Origin: Candidatus Aminicenantes bacterium
Lineage (GTDB): Bacteria; Acidobacteriota; Aminicenantia; Aminicenantales; CALLJL01
Direction of reading: 5' to 3'
Length of the DNA: 64,000 nt
Assembly: GCA_026416195.1 (NCBI GenBank)
Contig: JAOAFQ010000012.1
Location: 13,955-77,954 of the forward strand
Shown here: piece by piece, positions 47,509-57,158 of the stretch
Layout of the letters: the number at the start of each line of letters is the position of its first letter
Numbering within the stretch: position 1 is the first letter of the stretch
Position numbers and translations under genes: made by a program
The notes under the pieces: model-generated
The model's database searches: none
The model's input: only the letters and a program-made list of their open reading frames with translations
Told to the model about the DNA's origin: nothing

Positions 47509-47697
47509 ATGAGATTAAGAACAAAAATAGCCATCATAATGATTGCCTTGGTTCTTTCTTTAGTTGGCTTCAATTTGATAGTTACCCCTTCAGCCTTAGA
47601 ATTGGCTAAAATAGGTAAGCAAGCCGGAGCTGAAATCATCGCCAATTACCTGATGAAAGTAGAAGCGACATCTAAAACCCCAGCGATTAAAGGGTAA
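47509..47697 (+). CDS. Small hypothetical exported or membrane-anchored protein (62 aa)
   Basis: AGGAGGTG SD 6-7 nt before ATG 47509; basic N-terminus plus hydrophobic stretch (MRLRTKIAIIMIALVLSLVGFNLIV); followed by a terminator. Confidence 0.75.
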   Translation: MRLRTKIAIIMIALVLSLVGFNLIVTPSALELAKIGKQAGAEIIANYLMKVEATSKTPAIKG

Positions 47698-47707
47698 GGT
47701 GAATCAG

Positions 47708-47759
47708 AAAAAAAAGTTAGGGCTGCCCAAAAAACCTAGGGGCAGCCCCTTCTTTGTTG
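47708..47759. terminator. Probable bidirectional intrinsic terminator
   Basis: 9-bp GC stem GGGCTGCCC/GGGCAGCCC (47720-47748), 11-nt loop, A-run before and T-rich tract after; between convergent genes. Confidence 0.7.
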
Positions 47760-47938
47760 ATTTCAGGCCAATTTTCCCGATCTTAATAATTTTCTGTTCG
47801 CCTTTTGGCCTCCCCTTAATTTTCTTTTCCCTTCACCCGTATTTTTTGAGCTCCGTTCTTCCGCTTAACTCATTCTTAGTTTTTTCCCTCAATTAAGTTC
47901 AATCACCTCTTTTCACTTCGTTGAAGGACTGGGCAGGA

Positions 47939-49444
47939 TTAAAAGCTGTATTTGAACCGAAGAAAAATTTCATCGCGATTCTTGATACGGCCAAAACTTG
48001 TCCCCTCTCGGCCGCTGATAATTCTCAGCCCCGTAACAATCTCTGCATTGGCCGCTGGATGATATTCAACCGAAGGCACAAGAATTAAAGCCAGGTTATC
48101 TTTAAATTGACGCCACTCGCTGATCTCAATACAACCAGCCAAAGGTACTAATTTTAATTTATCTCGGAGAAAACGCCACTCCAGATTAAAAAGGAAATAA
48201 TCACCCAACTCCGAGGCGCCTCGTTCGTGAAGAAAACCGTGGGCGAACTGACCATTTAAATAAATCCCATTAGGAAAGGTATAATCAGCGCCAAAGACAA
48301 ACTTGGTATAAGCTTCATTGTCTAAGGCGATTCTTGATTGTTTTACCCACCCATAGCCAGGAACAGGGTAAAAAGTTTCTCCAATAACCCGTTCAGGGAA
48401 AAACAAAGCTCCTTCGGCCCAAAGTCCAATCCCGCCAATTGCTCCAGCTAAATCAAAACCTAAGATATTGAGGCGAGGGTAAACCAATCTAGCCAAAACA
48501 TTCAGGCCTAAGCCATTAGACTTCTCCACAATAATATCTCGAAGAAGGGGGAGATCATCCCGGCCGCGGACAAAACTAAAAGAAAAGTCATAACCCTTGA
48601 TCTTGGACCCAATTTTTAAGCCCAAAACAGAGGATGATTGAAGACTATTTTCAGGCAAGATTATCTCATCTCTTACCCCAGTTATGTTTAGGCCATTTAA
48701 CTCTAGCGGCGGCATAAAAGCTTCAGCCCAGTCAGGAAGAGGTGGAGAAGCTGGAGTAAAATTAGGAATAAAAACCCCGGTCAAAGTGAACTGGCCAAAA
48801 TAGCAGGTGGCTCTGACTGCATCAGAACCAAGATGTCGGCCAAAATCCCAAATATCTTCCAAGTCATCAGGATTAAGATTGTCAGTCGGATTAACCTTAT
48901 CAGCAGTTCCCCAAGCGATTCTCTGTCGACCTATTCTCAAATCAAGCCAAGGGAAAAGAAAACTATAGAGATCAACGTAGGCCTCCCTAATTTCCACCTC
49001 CAGCGGTGAAATCTTTTTTCGGACAAATAGGTCTCTTGAGTCTTTGACCACCGAGAAGCCTAAAGAGCGGACCCAAAGGGTACTAGCAAATCTTGTTTTT
49101 TCGGTTTTAGCCTCAGCTTGGAGCTCAAGACGATATTCTTTAAAAGAGTAATTTCTGGGCGAGCGGGTAAAAAGACGATGATCAAGCCAAAGATAGCCAC
49201 CCCATTTAAGTCCCAGCTCTTCTCTTACCTCATTGTTATTTGCCTTTTTTTGAGCCAAATTATTTTCACCCAGAATAACTGTCACCCCTTGGTTAGTTTC
49301 TCTTTTTTTAGTTTGAATCTCTTCCACTGAAAAGGAGTTTTTTGCCACAAGGGTTTCTGAACCAAGTAAAATCAAAGAGCTCAACCAAAGGAAGGAAGTA
49401 AAAAATCGGAAGAGACGGTCAACTTGATCTTTTTTAAGTCTCAT
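47939..49444 (-). CDS. Outer-membrane beta-barrel protein (DUF1302-like)
   Basis: Signal peptide; IREAYVDLY, LRIGRQRIAWGTAD, NPTDNLNP; ends RFKYSF (terminal Phe). Confidence 0.75.
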   Translation of the reverse strand: MRLKKDQVDRLFRFFTSFLWLSSLILLGSETLVAKNSFSVEEIQTKKRETNQGVTVILGENNLAQKKANNNEVREELGLKWGGYLWLDHRLFTRSPRNYSFKEYRLELQAEAKTEKTRFASTLWVRSLGFSVVKDSRDLFVRKKISPLEVEIREAYVDLYSFLFPWLDLRIGRQRIAWGTADKVNPTDNLNPDDLEDIWDFGRHLGSDAVRATCYFGQFTLTGVFIPNFTPASPPLPDWAEAFMPPLELNGLNITGVRDEIILPENSLQSSSVLGLKIGSKIKGYDFSFSFVRGRDDLPLLRDIIVEKSNGLGLNVLARLVYPRLNILGFDLAGAIGGIGLWAEGALFFPERVIGETFYPVPGYGWVKQSRIALDNEAYTKFVFGADYTFPNGIYLNGQFAHGFLHERGASELGDYFLFNLEWRFLRDKLKLVPLAGCIEISEWRQFKDNLALILVPSVEYHPAANAEIVTGLRIISGREGTSFGRIKNRDEIFLRFKYSF

Positions 49445-49469
49445 CCTTTACCTCCTATAGGACCTTGAC

Positions 49470-50282
49470 CTACCTCATAAGAAAACGTTCAGTAAATATC
49501 TCATCAGCTAAACCCACATCGAACTTAATCTCTTCTAGCTCAAGAATGGTTTTTCTTTTTTCCTTCAAATCTTCCATGGTCATCTGCCGGCTCACCCAAT
49601 ATTGACCAATTTTTTCCACCTTATCTAGGGATAGTAATTTCGAGAGACGATTGGCTCGGTCATAAAGCTCGACCTTGGCAGGATAAAAATTTTCCCTTCT
49701 TATCCACATCACCATCTTTGAATATTGAGTTTTCGTTTCCCCTTTGGGTCTAAGCTCAAGAACATAATTACCATCTTCCTCCCTTAACCACTGACCTGAC
49801 CATTTTTCGGAATAACGAAGAGCTTCCATGTCTTCATAGGTAAAATCGGTCCCAGCAAATTTGGTGTTTTTGACATGGGAGGCAATCCGACGGGTTCGGC
49901 CATAAGCAGGTAAATATAGGTACATAACTTCATTAGGAAGAGAAAGAAAGCCAATTCCTCGATGTTCTGCTGGGGAGGTAAACTTAACGAGTCGCCGGTC
50001 ACTCCCTTTTTGATAACTTAGCATTTCCCGGATTTCTTGTTTTCCTCGAGAATCAATAATAATGACCTTAATTCGGGCTTCGCGATCTTTAGGAGCATTA
50101 ACGACTTCGTCGACTCTTTTCAGAATCTCATCAGCCGATAAACCTTGGGCCGGAAAAACCTGAACAGCCCAAAGGGCTAAAAGAAGAAGAAGAAAGAAGA
50201 TAATTATGCCAGCAAAAATCCAGGACCAGGAAAGACCCCAAGGTCCGGGTAAACCTTTTTTCTGTTTTTTATGGGTCTCCAT
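49470..50282 (-). CDS. LolA-like outer-membrane lipoprotein-sorting protein
   Basis: VKFTSPAEHRGIGFL, YLYLPAYGRTRRIAS, FAGTDFTYED, FTERFL. Confidence 0.85.
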   Translation of the reverse strand: METHKKQKKGLPGPWGLSWSWIFAGIIIFFLLLLLALWAVQVFPAQGLSADEILKRVDEVVNAPKDREARIKVIIIDSRGKQEIREMLSYQKGSDRRLVKFTSPAEHRGIGFLSLPNEVMYLYLPAYGRTRRIASHVKNTKFAGTDFTYEDMEALRYSEKWSGQWLREEDGNYVLELRPKGETKTQYSKMVMWIRRENFYPAKVELYDRANRLSKLLSLDKVEKIGQYWVSRQMTMEDLKEKRKTILELEEIKFDVGLADEIFTERFLMR

Positions 50283-50308
50283 GACCGTCTCCTTTAACCA
50301 AAATGGTT

Positions 50309-52660
50309 TTATTTAGATTTATTGGTTTTTTCAAAGTAAGCCTCTATTGTCTTTAACCATTTAGCTTTCGTCCTGACCACGACAGCAGGCAAGAGAGTCA
50401 AGGCCCCCAGACCTGAACTTAACATGGTCAAGGCCACCAGTAATCCAAACCGCCTCAACGGAATAAGATTGCCTAAAACTAGGATTAAAAATCCTAAGGC
50501 CACAGTAACCATGTTAATAGTAATGGCTCGACCAGTACTGCGGAGGGTCTTTTCCGCCGCTTCGATCAAAACGCCGCTATCGGAAATAAATTTTCTTTCA
50601 GTGGCCGAATCTCTAAGGTCAGCCGCTGATGAAAATTGAGGAGTGGATGATAATGATGAAAATAATTCTAAGCGAAATCGGTTGATCCAATGGAGAGCAT
50701 AATCAATGCCAATGCCAATAGAAACACTACCTACAAGAACCGTAGCGATGTCCAGAGGAATCCCCGCATATCCCATAAAGCCAAAAACAAGAATTAACGT
50801 AAAAATGATAGGAATCATGCCTAGCCAAGCACCAAAGGGAGAGCGAACCAAAAAAAGCACACAAAGATAAATTAGCCCAAGGGCGATAGCTAAACTCACT
50901 AACTGACTCTGAATGAGGCTCCGATCAAGGTGAAGATAAACTAGAGGCGAACCAGAAAATTCCATTTGAGCGCCTTTAAAGGAACGTTGTTTGATCCAGC
51001 TTTCAAGGCGATTCACCAATTCTTGCATTTCGCCCATATCTAGACTGGGAATCGTCGCTTGAATGATGGCCTCCTTTTTATCGGGGTGTAAGATTTGATC
51101 AAGGCCTTCTTGTCCCTCCAGCAAGAAAAGCAGATTACTTACCTTTTCTCTGGTATCTGGAATAACCTCCCCTTCACCCATCAAATCATTCATCTCCGCT
51201 AAATAATCGGCAATGGAAAGAGGATTATGAACGAAAGGCTCAGCCTCCAGAAATTCCTCAAGGGCCTTCATTTCTCGAAGAACGGCTGGATCTTGGATAT
51301 CTCCTCTGACAAGAATGCTAATGGGAATGGATCCACCAAATCTTTTTTCTAAGAAATCTTCACTTCGTCTGATTTCGCTCGTCGGCTCAAAATAGTCGAG
51401 CATTTTCGAATGGCGCTTAATTTGGGGAATTCCCCCAATTGCTATCCCAATTATCAAGAGGAAAATTAGAAGAGTAATTTTCTCTTGCCTCAAAAAACTA
51501 AAACTCCACTTTTCGAAACGAAGCAACAGCGAATTAGAAGCTCTTCTGTTTTTAGAAGAAGATCTTTTTTTCTCTGGCCAGCGTGATTGGATGATAAAAA
51601 GAAGAGCTGGGCCAAAAGTTAAGGATAAAAGCAACGAAAAAAGAATCCCGATAGAGGCAAAAAGCCCAAACTCTCTGATAGCTGTAAGATAGGAACCGAA
51701 AATAAAGGAAATGAAACCGGCGATGGTCGTCACCGCCGCCAGAAAAACCGAAGCTGAAACATGGGCCAAAGCTTTTTCTTTTTCGCCTCCAGGCGCCTCA
51801 TCAAACCGATTAAGAATATGAATACTATAAGCACTGCCAATCGCTAACAACAGGACAGGAATGGCATCAGAAATAATAGTTAAAGGCACCTTAGCCAAAC
51901 TCATGACGCCCAAAGTCCAGAGAGTACTGATAGCGACCGTAACGAGGGGGAGGAAAACACCTCGCCAACTTCGAAAGCTCAGGAAAAGGCAGAGAAAAAC
52001 CACAGTAATCATGAGAGGGAGAAGTGTTTTCAAATCATTGATGATAAAGCGACTAATTTCTCGAAGTTGAGCTGGTAATCCAGCCAATCTAACTTCTCCT
52101 GGCAATCGACTTGCCTCGATAATTTTTTCTATTTCCTCCATAACTTTATTCTTATCAACATCCTTGCGCAAAGCGACAATAAGCAAAGCGACCCGCCCAT
52201 CTGCTGAAACAAGGCGACCTCGAAAACGCTTTTTCGCCAGAACATATTCTCGCAATTCTTTGGCCTTGGCCTCATCAATGGGAAAATCCTCATCCCTAAT
52301 GAGCTTACCAATTTCGAGGCCTTCTTCACTTTTCTTTAAATCCAAAACATTGGTTAAACTGGTCACATAGTTGACCCCTTCAAGAAGTTGAAGCTGGGAA
52401 GTCAGCTGACGAAGAGCCTCAAGGGTCGAAGGCTGAAAGACATCTTCACTTTCGAAAGCAATCACCGCCACGAAATTTCCCCCGTAAGTATCAGCGATAT
52501 ATTCAAGCGTTTTTACCGCTGTGTCGGTTCGAGGTAAATAGGAGGTTAGATCAGCATTGATCTTCAGACGGCTTATGGGCCAGGCAAGAATTAAGGTTAA
52601 AAGAACCGTTCCTAAGACAATCGGCCAGCGAAATCGAAAAACAAATTGGAAAAACCTCAT
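50309..52660 (-). CDS. MMPL/RND family transporter
   Basis: Two-repeat RND architecture; AIGSAYSIH and GIGIDYALH, LTLLPA. Confidence 0.92.
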   Translation of the reverse strand: MRFFQFVFRFRWPIVLGTVLLTLILAWPISRLKINADLTSYLPRTDTAVKTLEYIADTYGGNFVAVIAFESEDVFQPSTLEALRQLTSQLQLLEGVNYVTSLTNVLDLKKSEEGLEIGKLIRDEDFPIDEAKAKELREYVLAKKRFRGRLVSADGRVALLIVALRKDVDKNKVMEEIEKIIEASRLPGEVRLAGLPAQLREISRFIINDLKTLLPLMITVVFLCLFLSFRSWRGVFLPLVTVAISTLWTLGVMSLAKVPLTIISDAIPVLLLAIGSAYSIHILNRFDEAPGGEKEKALAHVSASVFLAAVTTIAGFISFIFGSYLTAIREFGLFASIGILFSLLLSLTFGPALLFIIQSRWPEKKRSSSKNRRASNSLLLRFEKWSFSFLRQEKITLLIFLLIIGIAIGGIPQIKRHSKMLDYFEPTSEIRRSEDFLEKRFGGSIPISILVRGDIQDPAVLREMKALEEFLEAEPFVHNPLSIADYLAEMNDLMGEGEVIPDTREKVSNLLFLLEGQEGLDQILHPDKKEAIIQATIPSLDMGEMQELVNRLESWIKQRSFKGAQMEFSGSPLVYLHLDRSLIQSQLVSLAIALGLIYLCVLFLVRSPFGAWLGMIPIIFTLILVFGFMGYAGIPLDIATVLVGSVSIGIGIDYALHWINRFRLELFSSLSSTPQFSSAADLRDSATERKFISDSGVLIEAAEKTLRSTGRAITINMVTVALGFLILVLGNLIPLRRFGLLVALTMLSSGLGALTLLPAVVVRTKAKWLKTIEAYFEKTNKSK

Positions 52661-52669
52661 TTCGCTCCC

Positions 52670-53251
52670 TCAGCGCTTAAGAATGCCATAAAAAAGAACG
52701 TTAAGGAGACGATCAATCTCTCTTTCTATTTTTTCCCCATCGTGAGAGATAGCCCAAGTATATTCATAACCTTTGATGGCTATGATGATCGCCTCAGCGG
52801 TTAAATCTAGATCAGTAACTTCGAAAATTCCTTTTTCCACCCCTTCCTTCAAGATACCTTTTATGGTCTCAATTTCATAACGGTCATAATCTCGTCTAAT
52901 TTTCTGAATAAAACCGTAAGATTCAAGGTATTCTTCGCGAAAGGCATGATATAGATTGGCCAACCGGCGTAAGGCCCTCATTCTTGTCTTAACGTAGGCT
53001 ACCAATTTATCAATCGGCGAAAGAGCGGCCTTCATGGCCCGAGCAATTTCTTCCCGGACAAGACTTGACTCTTTCTCAACAACCGCCCGATAAATTTCCT
53101 CTTTGCTTTTAAAATAATGATAGAGGGAACTCTTGGCCTTAAAGACAGCTCGGGCAATATCTTCCATCGTGGTCTTTTTAAAACCCAGTCGAGAAAATAT
53201 TTCCCGAGCTGTCTCCACTATTCTTTGTTCCGACAAATCAGGCTTTCTCAT
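52670..53251 (-). CDS. TetR/AcrR family regulator
   Basis: GFKKTTMEDIA, SSLYHYFKSKEEIY. Confidence 0.94.
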   Translation of the reverse strand: MRKPDLSEQRIVETAREIFSRLGFKKTTMEDIARAVFKAKSSLYHYFKSKEEIYRAVVEKESSLVREEIARAMKAALSPIDKLVAYVKTRMRALRRLANLYHAFREEYLESYGFIQKIRRDYDRYEIETIKGILKEGVEKGIFEVTDLDLTAEAIIIAIKGYEYTWAISHDGEKIEREIDRLLNVLFYGILKR

Positions 53252-53256
53252 AATTT

Positions 53257-53309
53257 TCGTCCAATTTGTTAGATTGTTCGATTATAAATAGATTTAAGAA
53301 AACTGTCAA
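53257..53309 (-). promoter_or_regulatory. Consensus sigma70 promoter with overlapping probable TetR operator
   Basis: Minus strand TTGACA (53309-53304)-N17-TATAAT (53286-53281); imperfect inverted repeat TCGAACAAT-N7-ATTGGACGA (7/9) spans the expected +1. Confidence 0.8.
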
Positions 53310-53465
53310 GAAATAGCCTTTTTAAATAAAATTCTTATTCACCTTCAATCGATAATGGTAAGATAAAAAAGGAGGTGAAAAAGGCGATTCAATTCTTACT
53401 TCTAGCTCTGGCTTAAGGCCAGGAAATATTTAAGGGGTGAAAACTAAGATCGGGTTGGTCAGTCG

Positions 53466-54983
53466 ATGAGAAGAGCAGCCATTTTCCTTGATCGAGATGG
53501 AACTTTAATTGAGGAAAAAGGATATCTTCGCTCCTCGGAAGAAGTTGAATTTCTTCCTGGGATTTTCAAAGCTTTAAAAAAAATAAAAAACCGTTATCTT
53601 TTTTTCATTGTCACCCATCAGCCAGGTATTGGCCGAGGTGAATTGAAGCGAGATGAAGTCGAGAAGGTTAATTCTTTCATCCAAACCCGATTAGCTCAAG
53701 AGGGAATCATCATCAAAAAAATTTACATGTGTCCTCACCGCCGAGAAGATAATTGTGAATGTATTAAACCTAAACCTTATTTCCTATATCAAGCTGCCCA
53801 AGAATTTAACCTTGATCTTTTAAGCTCCTATGTTATTGGGGACCATCCAGTTGATGTCGAGTTGGCCCGAAGGGCTGGGGCCTCTGGCCTTTATCTCCTC
53901 ACTGGCCATGGGGCCAAACACTTAGCTGAACTTAATCATTATTTCCCAATTTTCCATGACTTAAATCAGGCGATTGACTATATTCTTCAAACTGAAGAGG
54001 CCTTAGACAAAGCCTCTACTATCCTTCGCCAGGGAGGAGTAGTTGCTTTCCCTACTGAAACTGTGTATGGGTTGGGAGCTGATGTTTTTAATTCTCTGGC
54101 TGTCGCCCGCGTTTTCGAAATTAAGGCCAGACCTCATTTCGATCCTCTTATTGTTCATATTGCCTGCATGGATGATCTTCTTCGACTGGCTCAAAAGATC
54201 CCCGACAAGGCTTTAAACCTTGCGAAAAAATTTTGGCCAGGCCCACTTACCCTAGTTTTGCTTAAAAAAGAAATCGTGCCGGATATAGTTACTTCGGGGT
54301 TGCCCAGTGTGGCCATTAGAATGCCCCGTCATAACTTAGCTTTAAGGCTCATTCTTAAAACCGAACGACCAATTGTTGGGCCTAGCGCTAATCCCTTCGG
54401 CTATCTCAGCCCAACCACAGCTCACCACGTCAGGGACCAGTTGGGCTCTAAGATCGACTTCATCTTAGACGGCGGTCCTTGTGAAGTCGGATTAGAATCA
54501 ACTATAATTTCCTTTCTAGAGGACCCGCCTCGCCTTCTGAGACCAGGGGGTATTCCTCTTGAAGACATAGAGTCAACGATTGGTCCGATAAATTCTACTC
54601 CCCTAGTTAAGTTGAAGCCAGAAGCGCCTGGTCTTTTACCCCGTCATTATGCCCCTCGGACGCGAGCTTATCTTGATTGGTCAGAAGCTGATTTCTGGCG
54701 CTGGAAGGAAGAAGGCAAAAAAATTGGCCTTCTCTCTTTTCGGGGAGAAAAGACTAATCTTCCCTTTGATCATCTCGAAATTCTCTCACCCGAGGGCGAT
54801 TTACGTCAGGCCGCTGCGGCTCTTTTCGCCTCGCTTCATCGGCTCGATAAAGCCAAGCTTGATCTCATTTTAATTGAAAAAATCCCGGAAATTGGTTTAG
54901 GCCGGGCCATCATGGACAGATTACGCCGCGCAACCTTTCTCTCTTCGGACAACCCATTCCCTTCCTTTTCAGAATCGCCCTAA
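53466..54983 (+). CDS. Fusion: GmhB-like HAD phosphatase + Sua5/TsaC threonylcarbamoyl-AMP synthase
   Basis: N-terminal FLDRDGTL, VTHQPGIG, CPH..CECIKP, VIGDH; C-terminal VAFPTETVYGLGA, KARPHFDPLIVH, FWPGPLT, PSANPFG, APGLLPRHYAP. Confidence 0.9.
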   Translation: MRRAAIFLDRDGTLIEEKGYLRSSEEVEFLPGIFKALKKIKNRYLFFIVTHQPGIGRGELKRDEVEKVNSFIQTRLAQEGIIIKKIYMCPHRREDNCECIKPKPYFLYQAAQEFNLDLLSSYVIGDHPVDVELARRAGASGLYLLTGHGAKHLAELNHYFPIFHDLNQAIDYILQTEEALDKASTILRQGGVVAFPTETVYGLGADVFNSLAVARVFEIKARPHFDPLIVHIACMDDLLRLAQKIPDKALNLAKKFWPGPLTLVLLKKEIVPDIVTSGLPSVAIRMPRHNLALRLILKTERPIVGPSANPFGYLSPTTAHHVRDQLGSKIDFILDGGPCEVGLESTIISFLEDPPRLLRPGGIPLEDIESTIGPINSTPLVKLKPEAPGLLPRHYAPRTRAYLDWSEADFWRWKEEGKKIGLLSFRGEKTNLPFDHLEILSPEGDLRQAAAALFASLHRLDKAKLDLILIEKIPEIGLGRAIMDRLRRATFLSSDNPFPSFSESP

Positions 54984-55008
54984 CGTCGACCAAATTCTTT
55001 TCAAAATT

Positions 55009-55482
55009 TTATCTTTCCTCGAGAAGACAAACGGCCCAACAGGCAATCGCTTTTAGCCGACCAATTTCTCCCAAACGCTCGTTGGTTTTAGCCTTAATTC
55101 CTATTTTATCTTCCGGAATTTCTAAGAGCGGGGCCAAAGCTTTTTTCATCTTGAGAATATGGGGAGCCATCTTTGGTTTTTCGGCCACAATCACCGAATC
55201 AACATAAATTATTTTCAGTCCTTTTTGCTTAATTATTTCCATAACTTTTTTTAACAAAACCGTACTTCTGACTCCTTTAAGACTTTTATCCGATGGAGGA
55301 AAGTGTTGACCGATATCGCCTTCGGCCGCCGCTCCTAATAAAGCGTCAATTATCGCATGGATTAAACAATCGCCATCGGAATGCCCAACTAGGCCAAATT
55401 CGGAGCCAATTTCAATTCCTCCGAGAAAAAGAGGTCCACCTGATCTGGTTCGATGAATATCATAACCTATACCGACTCTCAT
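55009..55482 (-). CDS. ispF: MEcPP synthase
   Basis: GIGYDIH, GHSDGD, HAIIDALLGA, GDIGQHFP, KAKTNE. Confidence 0.95.
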   Translation of the reverse strand: MRVGIGYDIHRTRSGGPLFLGGIEIGSEFGLVGHSDGDCLIHAIIDALLGAAAEGDIGQHFPPSDKSLKGVRSTVLLKKVMEIIKQKGLKIIYVDSVIVAEKPKMAPHILKMKKALAPLLEIPEDKIGIKAKTNERLGEIGRLKAIACWAVCLLEER

Positions 55483-56137
55483 TCAGCCACACCTCCGCTA
55501 TTTTTAGATCCTCAGGACAGGTAATTTTAAGATTAAACTTATCACCTATGACTATCTTTATTTGACCGCCAATTCTCTCGACTAAACTAGCTTCATCGGA
55601 GCCACAAAAATTATCCTTTTGGGCTTGAAGAAAAGCAGCTTCAAGAAGCTCCCGCTTAAATCCTTGGGGCGTTTGAACCCTAAGCAGTTTTTCACGGTCG
55701 ATCGTTTGAACAATTCTATCGCCTTCAATTTGTTTGACGGTATCCTCAATCGGAATAGCCGGGACGGCGGCTCCTTCTTTCAAGGTTGCTTCAATAATTC
55801 GGGTTATCAAATCAGCTTTGACTAAGGGCCTAACGCCATCATGAATTAATATAATTTCTCCTTCCGGTGAGACAGCCGCTAGGCCTCGAGCGACTGAATC
55901 TTGGCGCTCCTTTCCTCCCTTAACAACGGCTTTAACTTTCGGCCATTTTAATTTAATGGTTTCAGCCTGAGTTTCATCGGGAAAAACGACAATTATCTCA
56001 TTAACTAGAGGATGAAGAGCAAAGGCTTCAATGGCCCAGTGGACCACGGGCCGGCCTGCAAGCAAAGCAAATTGTTTGGGTTGTCCGAACCGACGGCCTT
56101 CCCCGGCCGCGGCAATAATGACCGCCACCATAGGCAT
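55460..56137 (-). CDS. ispD: MEP cytidylyltransferase
   Basis: AAAGEGRRFG, GGKERQDSV, HDGVRP, VQTPQGF, NLKITCPEDL. Confidence 0.95.
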   Translation of the reverse strand: MPMVAVIIAAAGEGRRFGQPKQFALLAGRPVVHWAIEAFALHPLVNEIIVVFPDETQAETIKLKWPKVKAVVKGGKERQDSVARGLAAVSPEGEIILIHDGVRPLVKADLITRIIEATLKEGAAVPAIPIEDTVKQIEGDRIVQTIDREKLLRVQTPQGFKRELLEAAFLQAQKDNFCGSDEASLVERIGGQIKIVIGDKFNLKITCPEDLKIAEVWLNESRYRL

Positions 56138-56140
56138 AAC

Positions 56141-57145
56141 TCATCCTCTTGGCCCATTGTTAACATCTTCATTATAGCGGCCAAATATCATCTTACCAAC
56201 AGTTGTTTGCAAAACAGAGGTTACAGTAATATCAACTGTCTGGCCAATCATTTTTCTGGAATTATCTACGACGACCATGGTCCCATCATCGAGATAACCA
56301 ACTCCTTGGTCTTTCTCCTTCCCCTCCTTGAGAATAAAAACTTTCATCGTTTCCCCTGGCAGAACCACCGGTCTCATTGCGTTAGCTAATTCATTGATGT
56401 TTAAGACCGAAAGGCCGCGCAATTTAGCCACTTTATTGAGATTGATATCATTGGTAATTATTTTGGCATCAAGTTGGCGAGCCAGCTCAATCAATTTCGA
56501 GTCAACATCACTAATTTCAGGAAAGTCCAATTCGGAAATGACTACGGAGACTTGGCTCGAACGCTGAAGGCGATCCAAAATATCTAAACCCCGTCTTCCT
56601 CTTTGCCGCTTCAACTGATCAGGGGAATCAGCGATCTGTTGCAGTTCTTTAAGGACAAATTGAGGGACAACTAAAGTTCCTTCAATAAAACCCGTATCAC
56701 AGATGTCGGCAATTCGCCCATCAATGATGACACTGGTATCTAGTATCTTGTAACTTCGACCAACGCTTTTCTCCTGGAAAAAACGGAAAAGGTAGGCTGG
56801 GTTGAGCCATTCCGATTTGAGCGTCCCCACTAAGAAACCAATATAAGGCATGATAATCAAAAAAAAGATGCGAATAAAGAAGGTAGTTGGAGAATCACTG
56901 GCAATTGTTCGGTAAACCGAGCCGAGAAACCAACCAAGAAAAACACCAGCAAAGGTTCCTAAGGTTGAACCCCAGATTACCTTAAATTGAGCTCGCCTAA
57001 TTCTTGTTTCCAGATACATAATAATTAAGGCCAGGCCGCCCGCCACCAAGGCCGCCACCTCTTTGGGTAAACCAAAAAAGGGGAAAAAATATCCGGCCAA
57101 GGTAAGGAAAATGATGATAATCAATCGAAACAGAAACAGAGCCAT
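56141..57145 (-). CDS. PIN/TRAM domain membrane protein (YacL family)
   Basis: [44 protein letters not shown]. Confidence 0.93.
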   Translation of the reverse strand: MALFLFRLIIIIFLTLAGYFFPFFGLPKEVAALVAGGLALIIMYLETRIRRAQFKVIWGSTLGTFAGVFLGWFLGSVYRTIASDSPTTFFIRIFFLIIMPYIGFLVGTLKSEWLNPAYLFRFFQEKSVGRSYKILDTSVIIDGRIADICDTGFIEGTLVVPQFVLKELQQIADSPDQLKRQRGRRGLDILDRLQRSSQVSVVISELDFPEISDVDSKLIELARQLDAKIITNDINLNKVAKLRGLSVLNINELANAMRPVVLPGETMKVFILKEGKEKDQGVGYLDDGTMVVVDNSRKMIGQTVDITVTSVLQTTVGKMIFGRYNEDVNNGPRG

Positions 57146-57158
57146 CCTGCACCAATCC

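Noticed and set aside
47699-47896. 65-aa hydrophobic ORF after the small gene
   Set aside because: It runs through the terminator; hydrophobicity comes from a T-rich tract; no convincing SD
49700-49708. Perfect DnaA box TTATCCACA
   Set aside because: Isolated, inside a CDS, with no cluster or unwinding element
53375-53416. Mini-ORF MKKAIQFLLLALA resembling a signal-peptide remnant
   Set aside because: The GTG overlaps the GGAGG itself (no spacing), it is only 13 codons, and no downstream gene remnant is visible
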